Notes: generated from the letters alone by a model not told the origin. Shown: positions 24,150 through 38,435, numbered from the stretch's first letter. The stretch: 64,000 nucleotides of DNA from Epiperipatus broadwayi (GCA_028023455.1 JAQFVV010000001.1:35030001-35094000), one strand, 5' to 3'. Numbers and translations are program-made.

Positions 24150-26540
24150 ATTCCTTTTTCATGATTATAGTCATAATAAATCAAGTTTTAAAAAGAAGGA
24201 ATTAGTTTGTTTTATTTCTATACTATAATTTATGGGTGTGCCAATTTATGTTTGATAGATTAATGCTAGAAAAAGTAAATATATTTGTCATAATATTGGC
24301 AATTTTAACGTAAGGCTAATTATTTTATTTAAATAATTATTATATTTACTGCATAATAATTAATCTGAAGATTCATTATAGAGACTAAAGTTAATGACTC
24401 TAGCTTACAAAAAGATAAAAAAATAAATTAATGAAAATAAATTGTAAAAATTAAATAATAATTGATCATTAAACTTGTTCATTATAACGGTCAATGACAA
24501 CAAATACCAATGAGTTTATACACATAAGATCAGAAAGATTATACTATTTTATTTATGTTCCATATGTGCTAAATTGAAAAGAAATTAAATGTTTACTTAT
24601 ATATAAATAATACTTATTAAAAATAAACTTTTATGTTTGGTTATTTATATGTATAATAAAACTCAGTAACTAAACTCAGAAAATTGTGTGAGATTTAAGC
24701 ACTCGAGTGGCATGTTGAGCACATTTTCCATCAATTAAATAAAAGCAAAGTTTTTTTTTACTTTACTCAACTAATTCTTAACTGAAAATCTTTAGGCCTT
24801 CAATTCACTAAATCACATATGACTACCTAAATAATGATTTTGCTCTTATAAGAAAAAGCAAAAATTCCAAATTATAAAGTATTGAAATTAATAATTTTAT
24901 ATATGTATAATAAAACTACTAATTTGATTCTATTTTCAAACTGCAAAATACTTTCCAGTATTCAAGTTTAGACATATTAGTTAAAAAATATTAATGTTAA
25001 ATATTTATATTAAAGATTAATTTGCACTTAGTGTCACATGATTATATATTTATCTATTTTAGGCATCAATCATCTTTTTATCTCTATAAATATAAGAAAT
25101 AAATATCAGATGATAAACTCAAAACAGTTTCTGGTCTATTGACCTTTATTTTTAGTAAGAAGCACTATACATATTCAACATCTAATCTTTAATCATATTA
25201 TGCTATTCAAAATAATTCCATGATATTTCCTTAAATTTTCAACCTAAAACAACTTGCTTGTCTAGCTATATAGATCTGACATTATATCATAAATTAAATA
25301 TTTTATTTAAGCTAATTTGTTATCCTTTTATTTTGATTAGCAGAATTATTATAATAAATAATAATAAACTTTATTAATTTCCATTTTTGATGACATAATT
25401 ATTATGAATAAAAGATGCGATCTAAAATGGACTTGCCACTACCATCTGGTATCCATTGATTACTTAAGATTTGAGTGAAAAGTACTCCTGTCTGGTGCAC
25501 ATAGTGCATTATATGATAGCAGTTTAAAGAATTGCATTTGTATGTTGATATGTTAATGATCTGCATGATAAAGAGAAAATTATTAAATGTATATATTATA
25601 TAATTATATCTTAAATTTGAGGAAATATGTGTTAATGAAACTCAGATTTAGTTGATATAAATTTATTCTAGAATAACAAACATGTGACCTAAAAATTATA
25701 CTGGGATTCTAGTAAATTACTAGCAAATAAGATAGCCCTGACTGTTTACTGTTTGCAGAATGCATTGACTATGTGATACAAAAATAGTTAGTTATAGAAG
25801 ATGCATTGACCTGTGTGCTAGGAATGAAAGGCAAAATAAAACCTGCATTGATAGCATGTGATGATTGTATTCTTCTACATACATTAAATATACTGTTACC
25901 TATATTTGATTAAATCAAATAAGTTAGTAAAAAATATTAGTTTAGCATAATATATCTTCTGCAATGTTTTCTACTTCTTCAAAGTGGCAGATCATATGAT
26001 TAGTCAAAAATATGCTGCAGAGTATACAGGAAGTAATATTAGACAATCTAATAAAATCATATTTCTGATAACAAAATTGAAGACAATTAATGCAATACAT
26101 TAAGAGAGAGATATATTATATACCTTACAAACCAAAATTATAAAATAAATGACTAGGAAAAAAGGTATTTATTATAGTAATAAGATTAAATGTTTTAATA
26201 TTAGCAATACATAGAGTGAATATTACAATACTGAAAACTTATTATGATCTAGATAAAAGTCACTTAAATTCCAAATTTTCCAATATGATAATTAAAGACA
26301 TATGCAGATATTTTCCAAATATTTTATTGTAATGATTAAAAATGTGTGCAGATTTTTAAAAAAAAATTCAATGGAAATGGTGCTCCATATTGTATAAATA
26401 AGTGATCTATAAATATGGAATAATATTTTGTCAATGAAGTATCACCACTTGTTTTGCCAATTCATTCAATGAATGTTTTATCATGATGTATAACATTTAT
26501 TTTAGATAAGAATGGCACCTCTATGGGCAATAGGAACTGA

Positions 26541-26567
26541 TCACTCACTCACTCACTCACTCACTCA
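26541..26567. repeat. (ACTC)n microsatellite
   Basis: TCACTCACTCACTCACTCACTCACTCA read directly. Confidence 0.9.
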
Positions 26568-29500
26568 GAATTATAACAAGAAATATTAGAGATAGGTAAA
26601 CAAACAGATAAATTCAAATGCTTAAAAAGCTCATTTCTAAAAATAAAAAAAACTTAAAAATTTTATATTTGTTATTTAGTACAAACTAATATTTCAAAAA
26701 GGTTAGATAGACTTGCCGTTGTAAATATATTATAATTTGAAAAAACTTTATATTTGTCTTTTCTTTATGGTTCAGCATTATAACAAATTATATATGTATT
26801 TATTAAATTTTATTTTTAAAGACATGTAAAGTAGGCAGTAGACTGCTGCAAGTGATAGTTCTTAATCATCATCAATAGTGGTTTGTTATTAATAGCTACT
26901 AATTAAATACATTTTTTAAAACTATTCTATTTTAGAAAAAAGATTTAAATATATTTTTAAAAAAAACCTTATCTAATATTTTTTCAACAACCTGTTATGC
27001 ATTCTTTTATTTGCAAGGTGCAGACAATTTAATTGTACGCATATATTCAAATACAAGTAGTCAGTTAATTGAATTATGTTTATATATACAAAATAATAAA
27101 AAAAAAAATATTAAGCCTGTAAATAAGCATATCGGCGGATTTTTTTTTTTACTAAGAGATAATAAAATTAAGTATGATTTTTGTCATTAAAATTCAGTAT
27201 TTTCAATGACTGTTTTTTATCGCAATGTTCAAGACCAACCAACCATTTGTGAAGGTTTAATGAAATTACATTATAGAAAATTGCTAATTAATTTAAATAA
27301 CATTGGAACTATAAAAAAATAAGCAAATATTTCTATGGAAAGCAGCGATGGCGTAACATCATTATTTACAAATATGTTCATATATGTATCTATTATAATC
27401 TAATACGCATTAATTTAAAATATATTTATTTTATATAGGCGTGTTTATTTAAAATTTATTCTAATATTGTAATATAATTATTATATTTTAAAGTACTTTA
27501 AATAATAATAATAAAAAAACTCATCATGAATAAAAACGACAGTGGAGCGAGAAAAAGAACATTATCTTAAATAAAAGCATCCTACTAAGACTTGTTATTA
27601 GATAACGCTGAGAGGGTGGAGAGAGGAGAGAGGGAGAATTATACTTTAGATAAACTAAAATAGAAAACATAAAAAGCATGACGTAAAAAGAATTAATCAC
27701 AAATAAAAGGTAAAAAAAAAAAAGACCAACAATGGAGCTAGATATAACAAAATAAAGGAAATATTAATTTGTAGAATTAGACTTGTGACAGTGGGTTTAA
27801 CATGAGGATCAGAAATTCTATAAACTATTAACAAATTTATAAAGATATTGACACGTTATCTAAATGCACGCGCCAATATTTAAGTACATTAACAATAATA
27901 TTAACTGCTATAAAAAAATAGTACTTTAAAGAGAGAATTGAAAATACTGCTAATGTTTTAGTTTAGTAGATGAAAAAAGGTTTGCTTAGCATATATATAT
28001 AAATAGACAAAGCAATAGCGATGTCTTTCATATCACTTTAACATATCCCTGAAAATAGATATTAACATAATTTTTTTGAAATATATATAAGTGGAAAATG
28101 CTAGGGTTATTTAATAGTAAAATGAATCATATTCATAAGTCTGCAATAAATTTTTTTGGATCTTACGACTTTAAAAAGGATCATATTTTAAAGGTTGCAT
28201 TTACTAAAAATGGGAGAATGAAATATGCTAGAATAAATACCATCAAAAATCAATGATCATTAGAAAAGATCAGTAGATATTATGACAGATTACATCCAAA
28301 ATACATAAATTCAAAGTAAAAAAAATACTGCAGAGATAAACATATACCTAAACATTCTAGGGTCTACAAAAATAATCAATTATGAATACTAAATAGAACA
28401 GTTGTGTCAAAACGCCATTGTACTGTTAAGCCTAAGACAGGAATGATAGGTGGCTGGAAGCATGCTATGTAATTATATAAATTATTCTTTACATTTTTTT
28501 TTAGCTATTAGAAGAGTTTACATCTAGTAGTCAAAATAACTTATAAACTATAGTGCCTTTACCAACTGTGAAATATAATTCTAAAACTATCATGATTTGA
28601 AAAAAAAATTGAAAATTAAGTTCCTTCAAGGATGCAGAGATTGATTCCAGACAATATTATTATCTTCAAAATTACAATGCTCTAATTCATCCAACCCATG
28701 TGTTTAAATATTGGTTTGAGGAAACAGAAAGTGATGTTAAAATTATTCCAGCTTGTTCAAATTGTCAGTGTTTTATTCTTAAGAAGTCATCACTCTCAAT
28801 TAACATTCTTTTTTTTTTCTGCGTATTGTTCACATGTATAGAATTCTATTACATATAAAATAAAAAAAGTTCTAAATGCAAAAGGCAGTCATATAGTATA
28901 CATGTTGCCATTATTTATTTAAATTTTTGGAAATTGTGGTATAATAAATAAATAGTTTAAAATTGTAGATAGAAATTGAATATGCTGTGATTGTATTGCT
29001 TAAAAAAGATGTAAATGTATGTGATGATTCAGAAATAAATATGAAATCCAATGACAGTATTATTTATTTAGCATGTGATTTAAAGTATTCACAAACATTA
29101 TAAAAAAATTGAAAGATTCCAAGCAAAAGGCAGATTCTTTATTGTAGAAATATAAATATTTTTTTTATTGCAAGTAAAAATTTAAATGTGAAAATTTTCA
29201 ACTCTAAATTACAGGTCCAATATTTTATTGGAATAAATAAAAAAAATAAAAATAAATGCATGTATATTTTTCTATATTTTTTAAATTTCAGATATATAAT
29301 AATAAAAAATTTCTATTAGTGTTTCATAATTAATGGCCTTTAATTTTCACATGCCGAAATTATTTCTTTGGTGAATTGATTTTTTTTTTGTAGATACAAT
29401 AAAATTCATGAAAGAAAGCACCTGCTCACATGCATATACTGATCTATTCATCATTAAATGTGAATTATTGAACTACTTGCTTGCAAAAAAATTCATTTCT

Positions 29501-30710
29501 GTATTGCATTATTTTCAATTATTTCTTCTACTATAAATGATTCTCAAAAATAATTTCATAAGATTTTTTTTAAAATTTTGTACTAATTCTTAATTTTCTT
29601 TCATTATAAAACTATTTTGGAATTTTCTTTTCTTCATCATAAATATCTATCTAAATGAAAAATCTAGATTTTTAAACTCAATTTCATGAGGAGACAGTAG
29701 ATTACAGATGTTATTCTAATTGTTCACATTAGATAAACCTTTTATTAAAAAAAAAATTCTTGGTTCAGTATTAATTTCAAAATTCGTTGAAATTTGAAAA
29801 TACTTTTGTGAACATTAAAAAAAAATTCATTATTTTAAATCATTTATAAATATATCTGTCTTTACCTAAATGATTTTATAATTTCATACAGTTTCTGAAT
29901 ATTGGGAATCTTTTAATAATTTTGTAAATATACTTATATTAATGATGTGTATATACAATTCACAATATTAATTATAATTAACATCATATTTGAAAATGAT
30001 TTATATTTTTTTGTGTGTGCAATAAATGAAACAAATATAAATTTAGCTTATAAATATCAGATATGTTGTTTGAGTTGTAATTCAATGTTTTTACCCTTCA
30101 GTCTTTCCTGCATCATCCATTGTTATAAAAATCATTTTTTAGATGAAAATTGAAGTTTGTAGGAAAAAAATTATAAATTCCTTCTTAATATTGATACCTA
30201 CATTACCTTATTATATTTTCAGATTTATATTAGCAGAAATAGCAAGTTGTATGTATCTATTTATATTTGCACTCTCATACAAAGAAATTACATTTCAATG
30301 AATTTTAAAAAGCAAATTAATTCAGAAGCATTTTGTTCCAAGCTAATTTTTAATCTTTAATGTTAACAGTATTTCAGTTTATTGATATTTTCTTAATATA
30401 TTCTACAATAACTTTATTAAAATCTGAAAATAAAAAAAAAACTGCTATATTCCATAAACCAAAAAACTTTTATATATATATAAAATGAAAAACCATAAAA
30501 CAATACAATACTAGATTAAATTCAAAAATTTTACCAAAATCCTTTCACAACCATAGTTTTATCTACTACAAATAGACCTTCTCAAATGAAAATCAAACTA
30601 TAAGAAATAACAAATATATACACGCAATCAAACCTTCCCATAATTCATTTCAAACTCCACCTTCCCTTAATATCAAAAGAAGTCTTTATAAGATTGATAG
30701 CCTCAGAATC

Positions 30711-30881
30711 AAGAATACAGGTCATACAATATTATTTGACAATGCTTCAGTTATTTTTTATGAAAAGAATGAGTTAAAAAGAAGAATAAAGGAGATTTTG
30801 ATGATAAATCTTCTTGATTCTGAGGCTATCAATCTTATGAAGACTTCTTTTGATATTAAGGGAAGGTGGAGTTTGAAATGA
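30711..30881 (+). pseudogene. C-terminal part of a PLE GIY-YIG endonuclease
   Basis: Manual translation KNTGHTILFDNASVIFYEKNELKRRIKEILMINLLDSEAINLMKTSFDIKGRWSLK* aligns with KDTGHTIDFDEAKVAFFERNEIKRRIKESLLL*IYYSEAINLFKSSFNIKGGW in 56534-56902. Confidence 0.85.
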
Positions 30882-30933
30882 ATTATGGGAAGGTTTGATT
30901 GTTTGTATATATTTGTTATTTCTTATAGTTTGA

Positions 30934-30984
30934 TTTTTACTTGATAAGGTCCATTTGTAGTAGATGAAACCATGGTTGTGAAAG
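30934..30984 (+). ncRNA. Hammerhead ribozyme-like motif (U3/A8 variant); decayed mirror copy at 30542-30592 (-)
   Basis: TTTTTAC-TTGATAA-G-GTCCA(TTTGTAG)TAGAT-GAAA-CCATGG-T-T-GTGAAAG: 7-bp stem I, palindromic stem III ACCATGGT, GUU triplet; the mirror copy has GTCTA, restoring stem II. Confidence 0.65.
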
Positions 30985-31076
30985 AATTTTGGTAAAATTT
31001 TTGAATTTAATCTAGTATTGTATTGTTTTATGGTTTTTCATTTTTATTTTTGCTAGTATAGTGTTAGGCAGGTTTG

Positions 31077-31080
<4 letters not shown>

Positions 31081-31151
<71 letters not shown>
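31081..31151. repeat. (TA)n microsatellite, about 35 units
   Basis: Pure TA run; explains spurious ORF 31074-31334. Confidence 0.98.
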
Positions 31152-31155
<4 letters not shown>

Positions 31156-32499
31156 TACCAAATGAAACAAATAGACTTTTCTCATTTTTTATCAGTGAAG
31201 CAAGCTTTAAACAGTTAGTCTACATTATAATTGCAATTAACAAAGTATCACAGCAAAAAGTACAGAGGAATTCCAAAACTAAAAAGTCATTGCTCATAAT
31301 TATAGTTTTTCATTTGCTTTCTTCAGCTTATTAATATCTAACATTATAAAAAATTAAAATAGCTTTAAAATATTAAAAATTATTCACCCGATGATGGTAC
31401 AATAAATTGGAAAATAGAATAAAACTTATTATATGCAACACTTTTTTCAAATAGAATTTATTTTATAGGATTAAATATTTGGTGAAGTAGATTTTTATCA
31501 TGGGAATTTTTTCAATATTATTGTGCTCTTTACAATATCATACTACAATTCTTTTGTAAACTTCTTTCAAAATATTGTAATATTCTTTGTTTGTGTTTGG
31601 GCTAACATCTATTAAAAAAAAATTGAAATATAACTATATTGCATAAACATGTATTTCTGAATAACCTAATAAAATTTATACTTAAAATTTAAATACTTTT
31701 TAAATGTTCATATGACTTTCTTGAAATTGTCACATGGTTTGAATTGAGCCATGTGTGTTATAAGTTTATCATTATAGCCCTAGTGACTTTATTAAGTGTC
31801 CATTTTTTACCCTTGCATGCATAGAATGAATAAATTGTAAATAACTGTAATAACTCCACTAGTGAAATTTAATAAATTAAAGTTAATACTATATTCTTAG
31901 AGAAAATATTAAATACAACTTTAATGCTCTTTTTTTTTTAACACTCTCACCTTTAATTTATTAGACTGAATAGTTTTACTTAATATTTTGGGTGTTCTCA
32001 CAATTCCATAAGTCACATGATTTTAAATTTCATATCTAATGTAGAGAAGCACAGCGACCATAAATGATACTGAATCTGTTGATGAAACTTCAGTAATGTC
32101 TAAAAAGATCAAATTTACTTCAGCTAATATCTTATAATATAATTCTTTGATTATTTGAACATATTCTTACTAAAATAATTAGAAATATTTTAAACTGAGG
32201 TATGTTTAGGCTATGAAACTATGTTACGAGTATGTAGTAAATCTGATCTATTTAATTAATTTTTTTAAAATACATTTTAATAAAACAACTTGTTTTTTGA
32301 TAAACAATGAAAAAAATAGATGAAAGTATGAAAAGTCATTGCATGATATAAACTTTAATGTACCAGTAATATTTTTCATAGTAATATTTAATTATACATT
32401 CAGAAATTTAGTATGAACCCTTTTTTTCAGACAGCGGCACAGTAGTCAGCAATATATTATGATAGTATTACAATATATATTTTTATAATATTTACATCA

Positions 32500-33950
32500 C
32501 AATCTAGTTTTCTGAGATAATAGTTTTTAGAAATTATTTTGCATCTAACCATTAAGTGAAGAGAAATATAAATTTGGCTGTATGCAAGGTATCTTGTACA
32601 CATTATAAAGTTGAGTAATGTTTAAGTCTATTATTGCAGGGAGTTATATTCTATTTATAAAATGTTTACTTGTTGGTTAGAAAAAAAGATGGATATATGT
32701 GAGATTACAATTTTAATGGAACAGATACAATTCCAGCAACTTTTTCACTGATCAATCATGAATATTTTAATAAAGTAGGTGACAGAATCAAACCTTGTAG
32801 GAGACAGTTATGTAAAGTTTTGAGTTTTCTGTCATTATCAATTACAGTATTTAAAATGTTCTGTTGGAGAACATTTTGTCAAGTGAATTATATAATTTTC
32901 TGCATTTAAAAACGTTAGAGGCTTTAAAAGATCATTTTTCTAAACAAAGTCAAAACACAAGGTTAGATCAGTAAAAATAGCATTAGTGTTTAATTTATTT
33001 TAAAATCTCTTATTATGAATAGTTAAAGCTAGAACTTCATATCAATTTCCCATTTATGGCCTAAATTCAAGATGTTCTGAATGATAGAGGATTTTCAATA
33101 ATTGGAATAACTTTTTATTAGGATCATTTTTTTCAAACATCTTGTAAGAAGCACATAAGTTTGATGATGATGATATTGAATGCTAGTTTTTTGAAACATT
33201 GTTATGTTTATTAAGTTATAAATCTTTTGGAGTTTTGTTTTTATGGTACATTTTTATAAGAGTTTTTATATTTATAATATTGGTGAATACATATGAATAC
33301 ATTTTAAAATAATGTTTTATCTTTACAACCTAAATTTATTTAAAACCTTTAGAAGTATGTTATTTGCTCTTGGAGTCTTTTGTAATTTCAGACAAATAAT
33401 GATATTCTAATTCTCTAATGTATCATGGTTTTATTAAATTAAAGTAGAGAAACATTTTTTAAAAAAGCTTGTAATTCTGCTTTAATGATGATTTTTCCGA
33501 TATGTTAATTTTGGCTTAGAAATTTGATTTATAAAATTATATTAGCCTCATTGGAAATGTAGGTGATAATTTTTATAAAGATAGTTTTATATCCACCAAT
33601 ATTAGATAAAAAAACACCAGAATTTTCAATGCAATAATTGTGAGGTTTTGTTTTGTCGTGATCTTCCTCTGCAACTCTCCTTGCTAACATCATTAACAGA
33701 CTTTATAAGTTTTTTCAGTAATTTCTAGGTTTAGAAAAATTTACAGTGTTTAGAGAAAGAACTTCTGATTGTATCTCAATTTGGTATAAATTGCTTTTAA
33801 TATCCTCAAGAAATACATTCTTTAGGAACTATTGTTATGAGTTTGTTGAATCTATCATAGTAAGATTCTATTACCATAATTTTCGAGATATCTAATATTG
33901 ATCAGTCAGGTTATATTAGACTCCATTTTGTTTTTGGGGACTTTCAATTA
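32500..33950 (-). mobile_element. Highly degenerate non-LTR retrotransposon RT remnant (clade uncertain)
   Basis: Minus-strand relics in correct order: IVPKECIS*GY*KQFIPN (~33780-33835), SISSSSNLCASYKMFEK (~33130-33180), NAIFTDLTLCFDFV (~32945-32985), NCLLQGLILSPTLL (~32770-32810). Boundaries approximate. Confidence 0.6.
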
Positions 33951-36900
33951 CGAGAATGTGAAATATAAAATGATAAAAGCTTATTTTATTTTTATTATGG
34001 GCCAAGTAATCCAGTATTAGCATATTATCAAGCAGCAATGAACCTTTTTATAAAAACAAAAGCAAATATAGTTTCTATGTTATATCTGTATAAATAAAAA
34101 CTTTTTCCCTGCGTAACGCTATACAGTGTGCACATGTTGTTTAAAGCTTTCCATTCTAAAAGTTGTGAACCAATTTTATCCTTAGATATGCATGTCCATA
34201 GGCTACTAAAAGAAATAAAATCTCCTATGAATATAGAATTTGTAAACAGATCTAAAAGAAAAAGATAGTTTCAGTTTGTAATGGGAAATTTATTAAATAT
34301 GCATATATAAATAATATTTATTCAAATGATGATTTTCTATATTATTTAAGCTATCTTCAATAAAGGTTGATTACTTTGCTAAATGGTTTGTAACAAAGGT
34401 AGACAAAGCACATTTAGAGTGCACTCAATACAAAAATAAGGATTTTAAAGAAAAAAGTTATTCGAAAATAATGAATCTCTACAAATACATCATGTTTACT
34501 TAAGATAATTTTATAGTATTTTCTATTTTAGGATCATTCTGCAAAAGGATGTACCTGAGTTTGAGATTCCACAATTCTCAATGCCTATAGCCCCTTAACA
34601 GTTTTTTTGTTTTGTTTTATTGCAAGAATCTTGCTTTGCCATGGTTATTGGTCACAATACTGCTAGAGTTAACATTTATATTTGTTGTGTGATTTTATAG
34701 TTTGCTATCTAATTAATCAAAAGTTTGTCATAAATTGATATCTGGTTTCCTGGTAGAAACATTGATTTCTCATGCATGAAACTGTAATTCAGCTACCCTG
34801 TGCTAATTTATTGTGAATATTTAAATGAAGCTAGAATTAAAAAAAGAGACGCTTAAAATAAACGGAATGAATAATGAAAAGTTTAGAGTTTTAAGAGTCT
34901 TTTTTTTTTTTAAAAAAAATTAAAAACAGATTATTAATATAGAAAGAGTTCCCTATCTGAATATTTTAAAAATTAAATGTTTAAAATATAAATGAAAAAG
35001 CTACAGTGAAAGCGGTATTTTATACACAGATTAAAAACGCCGAGGCAGTAAATTATTAATCAAGTGATTAAAAAGTCAATTCGCAGAAAAGAGTTAAATG
35101 TATCAATTATATATAAACTTTCGCACGCACACATTCATACTCACAAACCTGATAAAGTTAGACGAGTAATTCCTTCAGAGACGTAAAAAATGAAGCACTT
35201 TTAATACATATGATTATTCATATTTAGAGTTTAAAAAAAAAACAGCAACTGAATTTTAAAAATGAATAATATAGAATATTCAAGAAAAATGACAAATTTT
35301 TATTTAAAAACTAAAGAAATATCTAAATAATATCTATAAAAAAAGATTAACTAAAATAAATAAAAATAGATAGCCTAATAAAAAATTAAAGAAGCATATG
35401 GCAAATTAAAACTAGTATTTAGAGATGAAGTTAAATTGACAAAGCAAAAAATTTGATCATAGATGAGACCGCTTAAAAATAATAAAATCCCCAATGAGTA
35501 AAAACAGAAGGCTTTTAAGTTAATAGTTTTATTAATAATCATGATGCTGACGAACAAAAGATAAAAAATAAATCATAAACTCAGTCCAAAACAGTATGAT
35601 AATCCTCTTATGAACTCAATAACCAAAGTCTATGACACAGTCATGATAAAGATTTTGTATTACAATTCCATTTTTATTTTACAGTTAATAAATAAACACT
35701 TAGATGATGAATGGAGGTTCACTTGATCTCACTATTCTTAAACTGATAATAACTAGATATTCTTTTACTGACTATTAATTGAATGGCTAGTTGGATTGGC
35801 TATTGAGCAACTGCTTGAAAAAAAATCTTAAACTTGTTTGAAATTATTTCAAATTTCATGTTTCATCAAATTTAAAAAGCCAAGCCATAACAGAAAAATA
35901 GGATTTTGGCATGGCAGTGCTAAAACATTGCTGTGTGTAAAATAACTCATAAGGTAATATTTTAATTAATAAAAATAAATATCAATAATTAATTATTTGT
36001 GAAATATAAAATATTGACTTAACAATTAAATTTAAACTTCCAGAAAAATAATTGTAATGTGTTATGAGAGGTGATTTGCTAAAAGCCCCTTGTTGGTTTC
36101 AATAATATTGTACAATGGTCTCTGATAAAGCACTAAGATTATCACTAGTGCTAGTTTGTCTTCACCTTTCATCTAATCTTAACAAAAATTATTATAAATA
36201 TATAAATTTAAAATAAGGATTTTTCATGCTAACACGTGCTGTTTTTTTATAATATTTCAACAATAATTTTACTGTTTAAATTACATACTACCTCTGCAGT
36301 TGGAAATAAAATCAAATGTTACAACATTATAAATTATAAACTAAAAACCTCATTTTTGTTATCTTTTAGTTTGTGCTTTGGTGGATAACATTTTCTTCTT
36401 TCTCTGTCTTCTTGGTTAGGTGCCAGAAATCATATGTAAGATAATCTTAGTCTTGATTGTCTCATGTAGAATACAATAGTTTTACACAAAGAATAGAGTA
36501 ATGTTTATTAATATATATTAATGATATTTATTATAAATTAATATTAAATTTTAATGAATGAACTACCGATCCTTCTTCATATATATATACTGCGATAAAA
36601 ATATTTTTCAGGGTGCCAATAAATTTTCAAATAAAAGATTTAGATTTAATTAAGAAAATCACATCAGATAAATAATTTATAATTTTTACATATAATATTG
36701 CCCAGATTTATCAGGAAATATTAAATACTTATATATATATTTTATTATTAAATATAATTCTAATAAACTTTTACTGTTTAAATCAATATAAAAAGGTAAA
36801 ATAAAACAAATAGGCAAGTATTAAATGCACTGAATCAGATTTTGTCAGATTGCTGCCTGAATCATGGTGCTAAATAAAACTGTACCACTAAAAATATGCA

Positions 36901-38390
36901 TGTACAATAGTTAAGACCCATGAGTAGCTATGGGACACACCTTCCCCCCCTTCAATTTAAGAACAATATGTGCAAGAGAGATGATAAAAAAAGAAAATTG
37001 CAAGGGATCTTCATTACATCAAGAGAAAAGATTCCTGTGTCCCACTATAAAAAAAAATGGAACATCTAATTTACATACTGTGCCTGATTTACATATTGGT
37101 CTTTATTACTATATATGCATATTTTTAATGGCACAGTTTTGTTTAGCGCTATGATTCTGGCATCAATCTGTTAAAAGCTGACTCAATGCATTTAAGACTT
37201 TGTTATTTGTTTTATTTTACTTTTTTATATTAATTTAATACAAGTTTAGTAGAATTATGTAATTGCATGAAAAGTGTATATACTATTGGGAATTATTAAA
37301 TGTAATACATTACAAATAAGTACTTTTATGAAAAATATTTTCATAAATATCACTCTTTCACTATACCTTTTGATATCACATAATCTGTCCATTCAAAAAG
37401 TAATCTTTTATTTTTTTATTTTTTAATCTTTAAGGAACGCTATATGAAATATACATGCAGTATGCTATATTCTTTATTTCATTTAAGAATTCTTAAATTG
37501 CAATCTTAAATGTCACAGCAATATCATATATTATTTTATTTAGATATAAAAGTACAGACAATATGTTAGCGATATATGAGATCTATATTCATAACCATAT
37601 GAAACACAGATAGAAGAAATCATCATATGTTTAAAAAATATATTAATAATGATATTATTCAGTATTGATTCTGCCATTAACTAAAATATATTTCAGTCCC
37701 CCCCCCCCAATTCTGTACTGTGAAGTAAATAAACTGAATATCTTCTCCAAAAAACAGAAAAACACATCCAGGTAGTAATTAAAAGTGCTCAGTTTAAAGA
37801 CTTCAGAGGATAGAAACTTGTGTATTTTCTTAGAATTTTATTATGTCATTATAAAATATATGTTTTGAAGTTAGAAAAATATCAAATATGTTTTGTTTTA
37901 ATGAGTGAAAGTGCAGATTTTGAATTGATTAATTTAATTTAAATATTAAGATAATTAATAATTAAAGTATTTTAAATTAGAATATGCACATATATGTGTA
38001 CTTATTATATATATGTTTAACATTTAATTATTTATATTTGATTAAAGTAGAATATTTATTGATTTGTTAATAATTGAAATATTTTGTATTATTAGACATG
38101 CATGTGTGTACATATATATTTGTTTATTTAATGCTAATTATAATTTATATATCTATAAGCTACATTAGTTTAGTTTGTCAATCTACAAAAATATTTTATA
38201 TTTATAGTTAAAATCAGAATGGTTTCTTTATAATGTAGAGTGTTTAATAAACCTTTTATTTTTTTCTTCTTATTATTTTTAATCAATAAATTTATTAATC
38301 ATTATTTTTAAGTTATTACAGAAAAGTTATTTAATAATAAAATAGATTGTGTGTATTTTCTTTTAATCACAGTCACTGGAGTGCTTGCAA

Positions 38391-38432
<42 letters not shown>

Positions 38433-38435
<3 letters not shown>

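Larger units (their letters stand above)
23534..24222. mobile_element. Near-perfect ~690-bp palindrome of a PLE terminal repeat
   Basis: Arms differ by about one substitution plus the homopolymer region; axis in CCCTA|TAGGG at 23863/23864; 26-bp tandem duplication 23864-23889/23890-23915; each arm has a hammerhead-like motif. Confidence 0.85.
30482..31044. mobile_element. Head-to-head PLE terminus (arms 30482-30715 and 30811-31044, 95-bp spacer)
   Basis: Arms are reverse complements at about 90% identity; the spacer and right arm encode a GIY-YIG tail; homologous to the PLE 3' end at 56398-56640. Confidence 0.85.

Noticed and set aside
31074-31334. 86-aa ORF
   Set aside because: YIYIYI comes from the (TA)n microsatellite.
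36120-36160. CTGATAA plus a 7-bp hairpin AGCACTA/TAGTGCT
   Set aside because: No GAAA, stem III or stem I.
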